From contig JBCBVC010000003.1 in assembly GCA_039817845.1 (NCBI GenBank), forward strand, positions 7,067 to 71,066: a DNA stretch of 64,000 bases, read 5' to 3'. Below, piece after piece: positions 27,674 to 36,255 of the stretch. The stretch comes from Cyanobacteria bacterium J06642_2 (GTDB taxonomy: Bacteria; Cyanobacteriota; Cyanobacteriia; Thermostichales; PCC-7336). A model generated the notes under the pieces. It saw only the letters and a program-made list of their open reading frames with translations, was not told the DNA's origin and ran no database searches. The stretch's first letter is position 1. Every line of letters starts with the position of its first letter. Made by a program: the position numbers and the translations under genes.

Positions 27674-28626
27674 ACCGAGGGCACCGTATTTCTATTTAAA
27701 GACTAAAAACAAGTTATGGAAAAAGCTTGTCTTCCCCTAGTTTATTTAAGCTTCTTGACAAAGTTTGTACTGGTTCGATCTCCCTTAGTTTGCCATTCAA
27801 ACGAGCCTAGCCACCATCACCTCATCATTCGCAACACTTTTTTCTCAATGACTGTCCGGGCGCACCAAGCTAATCAAGTCCGAATAGAGTCGCCCTTACG
27901 CCAAGTGCAACTGGGATCGCGTAGAAGTAAAACCAGTCCCGTCTCTTGAGAGTGTTTCCAGAGGAAATGCTTAGTCCTCAACCCAAAATGACTCAAAGCA
28001 ACACCCTAAAAACGCAATAAAGAACCCCAATCCGAAAGTAACTGGTAGCAAGAAGTAGCAGGCTCGGCTATCGTTGCTTCGCACGCCAATCTGCTCGTGA
28101 AAATCGAGCACTGAGCCCCAGATTCATTGCCATAACTTCCAAGTTGTGGGTCACCTGCGGGCCAGAGTCATGGGTGGCCGCGATCGCAGCAACCGCGATA
28201 CTTGACTAGAACTCTTGCAATAAATGCTCCGGTGGAATGGAAGTTTCAGACTTCAGAATGGCATTCGTGAAAAAAGTCCACTTTTGAGTTAAAACAATTT
28301 GGTATAAACAATCGAAAGCAGGTCTGGCCTCGATTTGGGGCGCGGAGAGATTTAGTCCGACTTGATAATTGCCTATCCGAGATACGTTCCTTCCAACGCT
28401 ACGGGAAGCAGTGATAGTATCTTTACAGAAATCACATAATAACTTCGTTGCAGCAATATGTGATGTAGTAGCCTGACTCCTTTGAGGTCAGTTGGACGTC
28501 ACTCAGAAAACCCACCGTCGGACGCGTCCGGTAGCTGCGGCAAGGTCTGTACTAGTGCTTGAGGGGGTGGCGAGCGGCTGATGTATTGCAGACAACAGAT
28601 GAAAGCTTAGCATTATTGGCAGGGGA

Positions 28627-29268
28627 ATGCTGGTGAGCAGTAACTCGAAGAAAAATACAGCGACAGACGGTCTCGGGAATCTCAGCCAAATTCGCGATAT
28701 TCTGTTTGGCCAGCAAATGCGCGAGTTTGGCGATCGCTTCGCGCGAATCGAGGCAGATTTAGCCCAAGGGCGGCAAGACATGTTGGAGCGTATCGAGCAG
28801 GTTCGCGAGTCCATGGCATTAGAGCTGCGAGCGGCCACAGATGCAACCGACAAAAAGTTCAACTCCCTCAGCGTAGAAACGCGCGAAGCGCGGGCCGACT
28901 TGGAGCAAGAGCTCTATCGCTCTCGCGATAAGCTCTCCAACACGCTGGCAGTACTGGACGAAGCTCTCGACCGACAAACGTCTTCCATCCGCACCGATTT
29001 ATTGCGGGGGCAAGAGCGCCTCCAGGATGATATTCGAGAACTAAAAGCCAATATTGTCAGTCAGCTCGAAGACTATGTTGCGAACTTACAAGATGCCAAA
29101 GTGTCGCGGGATGCCATGGCCGAGCTATTGTTCGAGATGGGAGTGCGGTTGAAAGGCTTAGATGTGGTCCCTGAGTTGCAGGCGGCCAATCTAACCGATG
29201 CTCTGGTGCAGGAGCTCGCCCAGGAAGCTACAGATGCTAGCGAGAATTCAACTGCGCCAGTGGATTGA
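28627..29268 (+). CDS. Coiled-coil protein, first gene of the GTPase-associated locus
   Basis: 213 aa and almost entirely heptad-like. The N-terminal motif IRDILFGQQMREFGDRF is echoed in the next gene. Confidence 0.6.
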   Translation: MLVSSNSKKNTATDGLGNLSQIRDILFGQQMREFGDRFARIEADLAQGRQDMLERIEQVRESMALELRAATDATDKKFNSLSVETREARADLEQELYRSRDKLSNTLAVLDEALDRQTSSIRTDLLRGQERLQDDIRELKANIVSQLEDYVANLQDAKVSRDAMAELLFEMGVRLKGLDVVPELQAANLTDALVQELAQEATDASENSTAPVD

Positions 29269-29460
29269 GATCGAGTATGTATCGCGTCTCGATGACACTA
29301 TTCGCCTTACTTAGGCAACTTTCGTCAGACTTCGATTACAATCGCTCAACAATATCCAAGTTCGCTCGCTTAATGCGGATTTGAGTCTCACACTTAAATT
29401 AGCGCAGCTTGAATTGGCAACACCTAGCGGGTTGCAGCACGTGCAGCCACGATCTGGCCT

Positions 29461-31461
29461 ATGTCTTCCTCCTCTTACGATGCAATTGAACGCGAAGTTT
29501 TGAAGGCACGACAGCACGGTGCTAGTGTTGACGCCAATCGATCTTTAACACCTTCAGAGTCATCTGATGATGCGGTAGAACATCTGCGCGATTTGCTCCT
29601 GGAGCCGCGTTTGTTTCAAATGCGCCAGCAAGGCCAGGCGCTGGAACGTCAACTGAACGACATCGAGCATCAAATCGCAGACCCCGATCGGCACAATGAG
29701 TGGGTGAGATCGGTATTGACTAGCGCGTTATCGAGCGAGGCTCGCTATTCAGCAGAGGCACTAGCCCAAGCCATTGCTCCCATCGTTGCCGAGGCTCTCT
29801 CCGAACGCATCGGCCAGTCCCCGGAAGAATTGGGGCGTGCGATCGCGCCAGAGATGGCAACCGCGCTGCGGGAGCAGGTTCGTCTCGAACCCGATGCTAT
29901 TGCCAACGCGATCGCTCCAGAAATGGGCAAAGCGATTAAAGACCAAATTGTTATGGAACGCGACGCCATGGTGGACGCGCTCTATCCCGTGATCGGTAGC
30001 ACCATCGCCAAATACTTGGCGGCGACCTTAGAAAATATCAACCGCAAGCTGGAAGAAGCCCTCAGCGTGGAGGGAGTGAAGCGTAAAATTCGGGCGCGCC
30101 TTCAGGGAATTTCAGAAGCTGAGCTACTGTTGCGCGAGTCAGTGCCGTTTTTCGTCCAAAACGTATTTTTAATTCACAAAAACTCGGGATTGGTAATTGC
30201 CGAAGCTCAACAGGCTGAAGGACCGATGTTGGAATCGGACATGATCGCTGGCATGCTGACCGCCATCCGCAGCTTTGTCAATGAATATATCGCCCAGTCC
30301 GGCGATATGTCGGAGCTAGACGATATCAAATACGGCAACTCAGAGGTCATGTTGGAAGTGGCTGGGTACTGTTATCTAGCTGTCGTCGTGCAAGGGCAAC
30401 CACCGCAAGCATTTGCTCGAGATGTGAGCCGGACGCTCAGTCGCATCATTCAGACCTACGGGGATGCAATCGAAGCTTTTACCGGCGATCTTGACGAGGT
30501 TCCTAGCGATGTCAAGGCATCACTAGACCAGCTTTGCGATCGCTACACTCCTGCTCTCAACGAACCTGAATCCTTGCCGGTGCAGCGAGGCCGTTCTGCT
30601 CTAACTATCGGGGTCACAGCACTGGCGATCGTGCTTTTATTGTGGGGAACTGGCAGTTGGCTCAGTCATCGCCTCGAAATGGCAGCCGAACGCGCTCTAT
30701 TTAGCAATCCCGAGTTATCGGTGTATCGCCTCGAAGCCGACGCTCAACGAGGCTTATTTCATCCTCACGGTACGCTGACGCTGACGGGTCGCGTACCCGA
30801 TGCTTACCTACAGCAGAAAGCCGCAAGTGTAGCGAGCACAGTTGTTTCCGCTCGGGCTCGTATTGCTAATGAAATCTTAGCTGTCGAAACGCCAACCAAT
30901 CCGGTGCTTACTGCTGCTGAGGTCGAGCGCGTTACGGCCGTCCTCAATCGTCAAGATAGCGTCGATATTTCGACAACGTTAGATGCTGGACGAGTCACTG
31001 CACGCGGCACGGTGGAAAAAGTTGCAGACGCTGATGCGATCGCCGCAACCCTAGCCGCAATTCCAGGGGTGCGATCCGTAACTAACGTAACGATGTTGAC
31101 GCCCCTAACCCTACCAACGCGGATTTACTTTAAGGCGAATTCAGCTCAGATACCTACCACCTTACTCAACAGCAAGCTCGAACCCGTGCGGGCATTTTTG
31201 GAGCAATATCCTGACACTCGCCTGCGCATTATCGGCCACAGTGACACCAGTGGGGTGCCACAAACGAACCAATTGCTAGCCTTACGGCGCGCTCAAACAG
31301 TTAAATATGCACTAGAGCTAATCGGAATCGAGCCTACTCGTTTAGAGGTAGTTGGTATTGGCGAGCCGCCCCGTGGTGTCGACACTAGCCAGCCCAATTG
31401 GCTGAGTCGGTGCGTTCGGTTCGAACCATTACGGCCGTTACGCGCTCCGCAATTGCACTAG
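29461..31461 (+). CDS. Membrane protein: cytoplasmic repeats + Roadblock/LC7-like domain, one TM helix, two BON-like modules, OmpA/MotB-type peptidoglycan-binding domain
   Basis: 666 aa. aa 226-340 show an alternating Roadblock-like pattern. The TM helix is at aa 379-401 (ALTIGVTALAIVLLLWGTGSWL). The OmpA signature is RIIGHSDTSGVPQTNQLLALRRAQTV. Confidence 0.75.
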   Translation: MSSSSYDAIEREVLKARQHGASVDANRSLTPSESSDDAVEHLRDLLLEPRLFQMRQQGQALERQLNDIEHQIADPDRHNEWVRSVLTSALSSEARYSAEALAQAIAPIVAEALSERIGQSPEELGRAIAPEMATALREQVRLEPDAIANAIAPEMGKAIKDQIVMERDAMVDALYPVIGSTIAKYLAATLENINRKLEEALSVEGVKRKIRARLQGISEAELLLRESVPFFVQNVFLIHKNSGLVIAEAQQAEGPMLESDMIAGMLTAIRSFVNEYIAQSGDMSELDDIKYGNSEVMLEVAGYCYLAVVVQGQPPQAFARDVSRTLSRIIQTYGDAIEAFTGDLDEVPSDVKASLDQLCDRYTPALNEPESLPVQRGRSALTIGVTALAIVLLLWGTGSWLSHRLEMAAERALFSNPELSVYRLEADAQRGLFHPHGTLTLTGRVPDAYLQQKAASVASTVVSARARIANEILAVETPTNPVLTAAEVERVTAVLNRQDSVDISTTLDAGRVTARGTVEKVADADAIAATLAAIPGVRSVTNVTMLTPLTLPTRIYFKANSAQIPTTLLNSKLEPVRAFLEQYPDTRLRIIGHSDTSGVPQTNQLLALRRAQTVKYALELIGIEPTRLEVVGIGEPPRGVDTSQPNWLSRCVRFEPLRPLRAPQLH

Positions 31462-31491
31462 CTCAATACTGTCACTCTGATCTGGATTCGC

Positions 31492-32013
31492 GTGAAGCTG
31501 GTCTCTAAAAAAATTTGCCTGATTGGCGATTACGGCGTGGGCAAGACCAGTCTGATTCGTCGCTTTGTCGAACGTCAATTCAGCGATCAGTATCTATCTA
31601 CAGTGGGAGTTAAAATCTCTCGTAAAACTTTGCAAATACCTGGTTCTGAAGCGAGCAGCGATCGCGAACTAAAACTGTTGATTTGGGATTTAGAAGGTCG
31701 ACAGAAATTTAAAGCTATCTCGCCTCAATATCTACAGGGAGCTAGCGGTGCCATTGTCGTAGCCGACGTCACGCGAGTAGAAACTCTTGCTAGTCTTGTC
31801 GGCCACATTCGCATGTTTTTAACTGTCAATTCAACCGGAACAATAGCAATTGCTTATAACAAAGTAGACCTAATAGATGAAAGCCAAGCTGCTGATTGTT
31901 TAAATCGGGTTCATCTCGATGGTTTAGGAAAAACTATCCCTGTCTATTTAAGTTCAGCCAAAACAGGACTTAATGTCGATACAATCTTCGCACAGCTGGG
32001 CGAGCGACTGTGA
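31492..32013 (+). CDS. Ras/Rab-like small GTPase
   Basis: 173 aa with a GTG start 30 nt after the upstream stop. The G boxes are G1 GDYGVGKTS, G2 YLSTVGV, G3 WDLEGRQ, G4 NKVD and G5 SAK. Confidence 0.85.
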   Translation: MKLVSKKICLIGDYGVGKTSLIRRFVERQFSDQYLSTVGVKISRKTLQIPGSEASSDRELKLLIWDLEGRQKFKAISPQYLQGASGAIVVADVTRVETLASLVGHIRMFLTVNSTGTIAIAYNKVDLIDESQAADCLNRVHLDGLGKTIPVYLSSAKTGLNVDTIFAQLGERL

Positions 32014-32303
32014 AACGCGAACGTCTCTACATGAATTATTATGAACTATTCCGATTCTCCCCGCATGATTGGCAGAATTGTTAGCAAATACTAAACTTCC
32101 CATGGCAGATGTCAGCTTCGTCTCCTTCCCGAGTTTTTTACTTTCACCGATTATCTTAGATTGTAGGTAGAGTCAGGAAAATATGTGACACATAAGGGCT
32201 TAGATTGCCCTATTTTTGTCACGTTGTAAAAACTGATTTCCCGTTGAATTAAGAGTTTTATTCGATACGCTATCGAATACATCTTGTGTGTTGATTGGCG
32301 TGA

Positions 32304-33065
32304 TTGATGCGAGGTTTTGCCATGATTAAGTTGTTTTTGACGACTGGTGCTGTTCTAGGTGCAGTTGTTTTTTCTCAGGTTTGGGTTTTGGCTCAGGAAG
32401 AGCTCCCAGGCACTGCTCCTATCGATTCTGTTGAGATTGACGATCCTGCCTCTGAGATGTTGGAATCGGGGCCAGTAGAGGCTGTCGACCCGACGCTTGA
32501 AGATACAGGTTCCGCGTTGGAAGCAGCCGACCCAGTGGTCGAGGAAACAGCTCCTGCTTTGGAAGCAGCCGATCCATTAGTTGAGGACGCCGATCCCGCT
32601 CTGGAGGCAGCCGATCCTGCTGTTGAGTGGGAAGATCCTCCTCTGGAGGCTGTAGACGTTGAAGCGGAAGGCTCGGGAGCCACTGTCGAGGTGAGTGACG
32701 CACAGCTGGAGCAGGTTGCTGGCACATTGTCGAAGCTACAGGTTGTTGAAGAAGATACGAAGGCTCAGATTACGGAGGCAATCGCGGGTCAAGGATTGAC
32801 CGAAGAACGGTTTATGGAAATCTCTACCGCGAAGCAGGCTGCTCCTGATGCTGAAGTTCAGGCTGAGGTTTCTCCAGTTGAGGATCAGCAGTACGAACAA
32901 GCCTTGGCAGAAATAGAGACGATCGATTCGGCTGCCTTACAACAGCAGGAAGAAATCATTCAAGCTGAAGGCTTCGATATCGAAGAGTTTAACCAGATGT
33001 TAGGCACAATTCAGAGCGATCCAGAACTGTACGAGAAAGTGCGAAATATGACATCGGACAGCTAA
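32304..33065 (+). CDS. Secreted acidic protein with tandem repeats and DUF4168-like C-terminal domain
   Basis: 253 aa. The signal peptide is MIKLFLTTGAVLGAVVFSQVWVLAQ, so the start is probably the ATG at 32307 or 32322. The C-terminus EEIIQAEGFDIEEFNQMLGTIQSDPELYEKV resembles DUF4168. Confidence 0.6.
   Translation: MMRGFAMIKLFLTTGAVLGAVVFSQVWVLAQEELPGTAPIDSVEIDDPASEMLESGPVEAVDPTLEDTGSALEAADPVVEETAPALEAADPLVEDADPALEAADPAVEWEDPPLEAVDVEAEGSGATVEVSDAQLEQVAGTLSKLQVVEEDTKAQITEAIAGQGLTEERFMEISTAKQAAPDAEVQAEVSPVEDQQYEQALAEIETIDSAALQQQEEIIQAEGFDIEEFNQMLGTIQSDPELYEKVRNMTSDS
32475..32657 (+). repeat. About 42-nt tandem coding repeat (ALEAADPxVEExxP units)
   Basis: Three full units run from 32514 (ALEAADPVVEETAP / ALEAADPLVEDADP / ALEAADPAVEWEDPP), with degenerate flanking units on each side. 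Confidence 0.8.
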
Positions 33066-33191
33066 TTTCCTTTGTTATCTGAGGGTAGAGGAAATGGGAT
33101 TGATATCCTGGACTTTATCCTCAGGCATGCTCTTTATCGAGTAGTCAGATGTTGACTTGGCATTCATTAGTCATATTCCAGGAGGTTAAAG

Positions 33192-33359
33192 ATGTTTTAC
33201 CAAGTTGCAAATTCCTTTAAAGTTTTCGGCCTCATGATTTTGGCTGGAGCTGCGTTTGCTTTGACCGCATGCGAGCCGACAGATACAGAAACCCCTGATG
33301 CTCCTCTAGAGGACAATGGAGAAACCATACCTGAAAGCTTTCCGCCGCCGTCTGAGTAA
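33192..33359 (+). CDS. Small putative lipoprotein (55 aa), below the ORF-track cutoff
   Basis: GGAGG lies 6 nt before the ATG. My translation is MFYQVANSFKVFGLMILAGAAFALTACEPTDTETPDAPLEDNGETIPESFPPPSE, with a signal peptide plus lipobox LTAC. A terminator follows. Confidence 0.5.
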   Translation: MFYQVANSFKVFGLMILAGAAFALTACEPTDTETPDAPLEDNGETIPESFPPPSE

Positions 33360-33419
33360 GGCGGACACCGCATCACTTTTGAGTTTTGTGCAGTTAGTTC
33401 TGAGTTTTGTGCAGTTGAG

Positions 33420-33453
33420 GCGTACGTAGCTAGTGCTGCGTGCGCTTTTTTTT
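33420..33453 (+). terminator. Intrinsic terminator
   Basis: GCGTACG-N12-CGTGCGC forms a 7-bp stem with one G-U pair. It is followed by T8 at 33446-33453. Confidence 0.55.
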
Positions 33454-33646
33454 CACAACCTCGGGTATTGTCCTGATGACATTAGCAGAAACGGACTGTG
33501 CTACGGTGTTTGATGAATTTGGGTGTCGCCGATGGCGCACTGAGGACACATAACAGTTGTCAAGCGGCTCTTGACGTTTGAGTTATCCAGACCTCAGTCG
33601 TAGTTAGTGCTGCAACGTCAAAACTCAAAAACGTCAAGAGCAACAG

Positions 33647-34627
33647 GTGAGTTCGCAACCGATGATTGAAGTCGAACATTTGAGTAAAACCTACGGTGAC
33701 TTCGCGGCGATTCACGACCTCACGTTTCGAGTCGAACGCGGCGAGATTTTGGGTTTTTTGGGACCGAATGGAGCTGGAAAAACCACGTCGATGCGGATTC
33801 TGACGGGATATTTGCCAGCCACCTCCGGTACGGCAAGGGTGGCTGGGTTTGACGTGAACGAGCAGTCTATGGCGGTACGGCAGCGCATCGGTTATTTGCC
33901 GGAAACACCACCGCTATATGCCGACATGACGGTGGCAACTTACCTGCACTTCGTAGCTGAAATTAAGCGCGTGAGTGCTGGCGATCGCGCTGCTTGCGTG
34001 GATCGAGTCATCGACCGCTGCAATCTAACAGAAAAGCGCTATTCTCTCATTCGCAAACTGTCTAAAGGCTTCAGGCAGCGGGTTGGCATCGCCCAAGCCC
34101 TCGTCCACGATCCGCCCGCTATTGTCCTCGACGAACCCACTGTTGGTCTCGATCCCAAGCAAATCATTGACGTTCGTAATTTGATCAAAAGTTTGGCAGG
34201 CGAGCATACTATCGTGCTTTCCACCCACATCCTGCCGGAAGTCAGCATGACCTGCGATCGCGTAGTGATCGTCAATCGCGGCCGCATGGCCGCTACAGGC
34301 ACCCCAGCTGAATTGACCCAGCAACTAGCTGGATCGCAGCAGGTATCGTTGGAAATTGGAGGCGAGCAGCAAACTATCGTTGCTGCGATTCACAGGATCT
34401 CGGGTATTAATCTTCAGCAACTAGAAAAGCTGCCTACGGATACCAATGTTGACCGTTGGACCGCACGAGTGAACAAGACTGGTACTGACGATGCCTGGAT
34501 TAAAGATTTAGCTGCTATTCTCGTCAAAGCTGGCTTAGATCTTTATGAAATTCAACGATCGCAAGCGTCTCTCGAGGACATTTTCTTGCAGCTGACTACG
34601 GAGGAAACCTCCGGCCGAGCCGCTTGA
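33647..34627 (+). CDS. ABC transporter ATP-binding protein (ABC-2 exporter type)
   Basis: 326 aa. It has a Walker A (GPNGAGKTT), the signature LSKGFRQRV and a Walker B (IVLDEPTVGLD). The start is probably the ATG at 33662 (MIEVEHLSKTYG). Confidence 0.9.
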   Translation: MSSQPMIEVEHLSKTYGDFAAIHDLTFRVERGEILGFLGPNGAGKTTSMRILTGYLPATSGTARVAGFDVNEQSMAVRQRIGYLPETPPLYADMTVATYLHFVAEIKRVSAGDRAACVDRVIDRCNLTEKRYSLIRKLSKGFRQRVGIAQALVHDPPAIVLDEPTVGLDPKQIIDVRNLIKSLAGEHTIVLSTHILPEVSMTCDRVVIVNRGRMAATGTPAELTQQLAGSQQVSLEIGGEQQTIVAAIHRISGINLQQLEKLPTDTNVDRWTARVNKTGTDDAWIKDLAAILVKAGLDLYEIQRSQASLEDIFLQLTTEETSGRAA

Positions 34628-34678
34628 GCCGAGCGTACTTATGTTTTATTCTCAAATCAACTTTGTCTGGAACTCGTT

Positions 34679-35470
34679 ATGCTACGCGGCACCATTGCCA
34701 TCTTGCGGAAAGAACTGCGCAGTTATTTTGCGTCCCCCATTGCCTATATTGTTGCAGCGGTATTTTGGTTGCTGGCTGGTTTCTTTTTCATCCGAATCTT
34801 GGATGCAGTCGTGGCAAACTCGCTCCAGGCAGATGCGTTAGCCGAACAATTCGGTCAGTCGCAGTCTTTTGATGCTGGAACATTATTGCTTCAGCAGTTT
34901 CTCAGTTTACTGGGTACGCTCTCATTATTTATCTTACCTATGTTGACCATGGGACTATATACCGAAGAACGACGGCGCGGCACGATGGAGCTATTAGCTA
35001 CGTCTCCTCTGTCAAATGTGGCTGTGGCTTTGGGCAAATGGTTAGCAGCTCTGGTGTTTTTCGTCACACTCCTGTTGCCACTGTTGGCATGTCAGGTCTT
35101 AGCCTTCAGCAGCACCAATCCTGGCATGAATTACGCTCACGTCGCGATCGCCCACTTCGGTCTCATCTTGCTTGCGGCGAGTGTTATGGCTTTGGGCATG
35201 TTTATTTCGTCCTTGACTGACAACACCCTGATCGCTGCCATCAGTACATTTGGCTTGCTTCTGCTGCTGTGGGTGATTGACTCTGCCGCCGGAGATGGTA
35301 CTGGGGCGATCGCTGCGGGATTGCGCCACCTATCGCTATTACAGCATTTCGAGACTTGGATTCAGGGAACGGTTAGCTCTAGCAGCTTTGTTCTGTTTGC
35401 TAGCTTATGCGGGTTGGGAATTTTCTTAACCGCGCAGTCCGTCGAAGCCATGCGCTGGCAGTCGCGGTGA
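34679..35470 (+). CDS. ABC-2 family transporter permease
   Basis: 263 aa with six predicted TM segments. It follows the ATPase after 51 nt. Confidence 0.8.
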   Translation: MLRGTIAILRKELRSYFASPIAYIVAAVFWLLAGFFFIRILDAVVANSLQADALAEQFGQSQSFDAGTLLLQQFLSLLGTLSLFILPMLTMGLYTEERRRGTMELLATSPLSNVAVALGKWLAALVFFVTLLLPLLACQVLAFSSTNPGMNYAHVAIAHFGLILLAASVMALGMFISSLTDNTLIAAISTFGLLLLLWVIDSAAGDGTGAIAAGLRHLSLLQHFETWIQGTVSSSSFVLFASLCGLGIFLTAQSVEAMRWQSR

Positions 35471-35509
35471 GTTGCACAAATTTTTGGAAAACAAACTGTC
35501 AAAGCAAAC

Positions 35510-35529
35510 AGGAGCGGCGCACCGCTCCT
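35510..35529. terminator. Perfect GC-rich hairpin between convergent genes
   Basis: AGGAGCGG-cgca-CCGCTCCT forms an 8-bp stem with a 4-nt loop. Confidence 0.5.
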
Positions 35530-35559
35530 GATGTAGATTTTAGAAATAAAAACTCTCGG

Positions 35560-36255
35560 CTAACGAGTGCCTTGGACTAGATTCAGTGCGGAAGAATAGC
35601 TGTAATCTTCTGCATTTTTCTTCAGCAAGCTAGCACCACCAGGCAGACACAGCTGGTTTTGATCTAAAACTTTAACGAACCCTTTCGAACGCAGCGTTCC
35701 CAGCGATCGCGTTACCGTAACCCGCGTCGCGCCAATCGCATCGCCAATCTGAGAATGCGTCAGCGTCCAGGGCAAAACCACACCCTCGGGGCAAGGCTCT
35801 CCATACTCTTCGATCAGCAAGCTTAAAAAGCCTTTCAATCGATCGATCGCTCGTCGCTGACCCAAGTTCCCCAGCCAAAGCAGTTTGCGCTGCAGCTGCT
35901 GGCGGAATACGGACTGAACGCGCTCGTAAAGGCGCGGCCACTGTTGCAAATCCTTCCAGTAAAACCACATAACCGTCGTGTAGTCGGTGTGGCTATACGC
36001 TTGAACCTGGAAGCGATCTTGATCGACCACCTCGAACGGAGTACCGCTAACGACAAAGCCGACAAACACTTCGCGACGCTCGGGAGTAATACTCACTAAC
36101 CGCACCACGCCTTCCTGGGTGATGTAAACCAACCCCGGACGCGTGGGAATCTGCTCGTCGCGACTAAACGTACGCGAATGAAAGTGCTGCTCGGCCCACT
36201 GACACACTTCCCCCCATTCTTGAACTTGATTAACCGATAAAATCGACGATGCCAT
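35560..36255 (-). CDS. Crp/Fnr family transcriptional regulator
   Basis: Track ORF 35560..36333. I prefer the ATG at 36255 (MASSILSV...). It has a cNMP-binding-like barrel and the C-terminal HTH SQIGDAIGATRVTVTRSLGTLRSKGFV. It is not NtcA by eye. Confidence 0.85.
   Translation of the reverse strand: MASSILSVNQVQEWGEVCQWAEQHFHSRTFSRDEQIPTRPGLVYITQEGVVRLVSITPERREVFVGFVVSGTPFEVVDQDRFQVQAYSHTDYTTVMWFYWKDLQQWPRLYERVQSVFRQQLQRKLLWLGNLGQRRAIDRLKGFLSLLIEEYGEPCPEGVVLPWTLTHSQIGDAIGATRVTVTRSLGTLRSKGFVKVLDQNQLCLPGGASLLKKNAEDYSYSSALNLVQGTR

Noticed and set aside
27974-28114. About 46-codon GTG-initiated minus-strand ORF with one TM-like stretch (LLPVTFGLGFFIAFLGCCF)
   Set aside because: It has no ATG, no ribosome-binding site and no recognisable family. 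It is kept only as a note inside the long-spacer finding.
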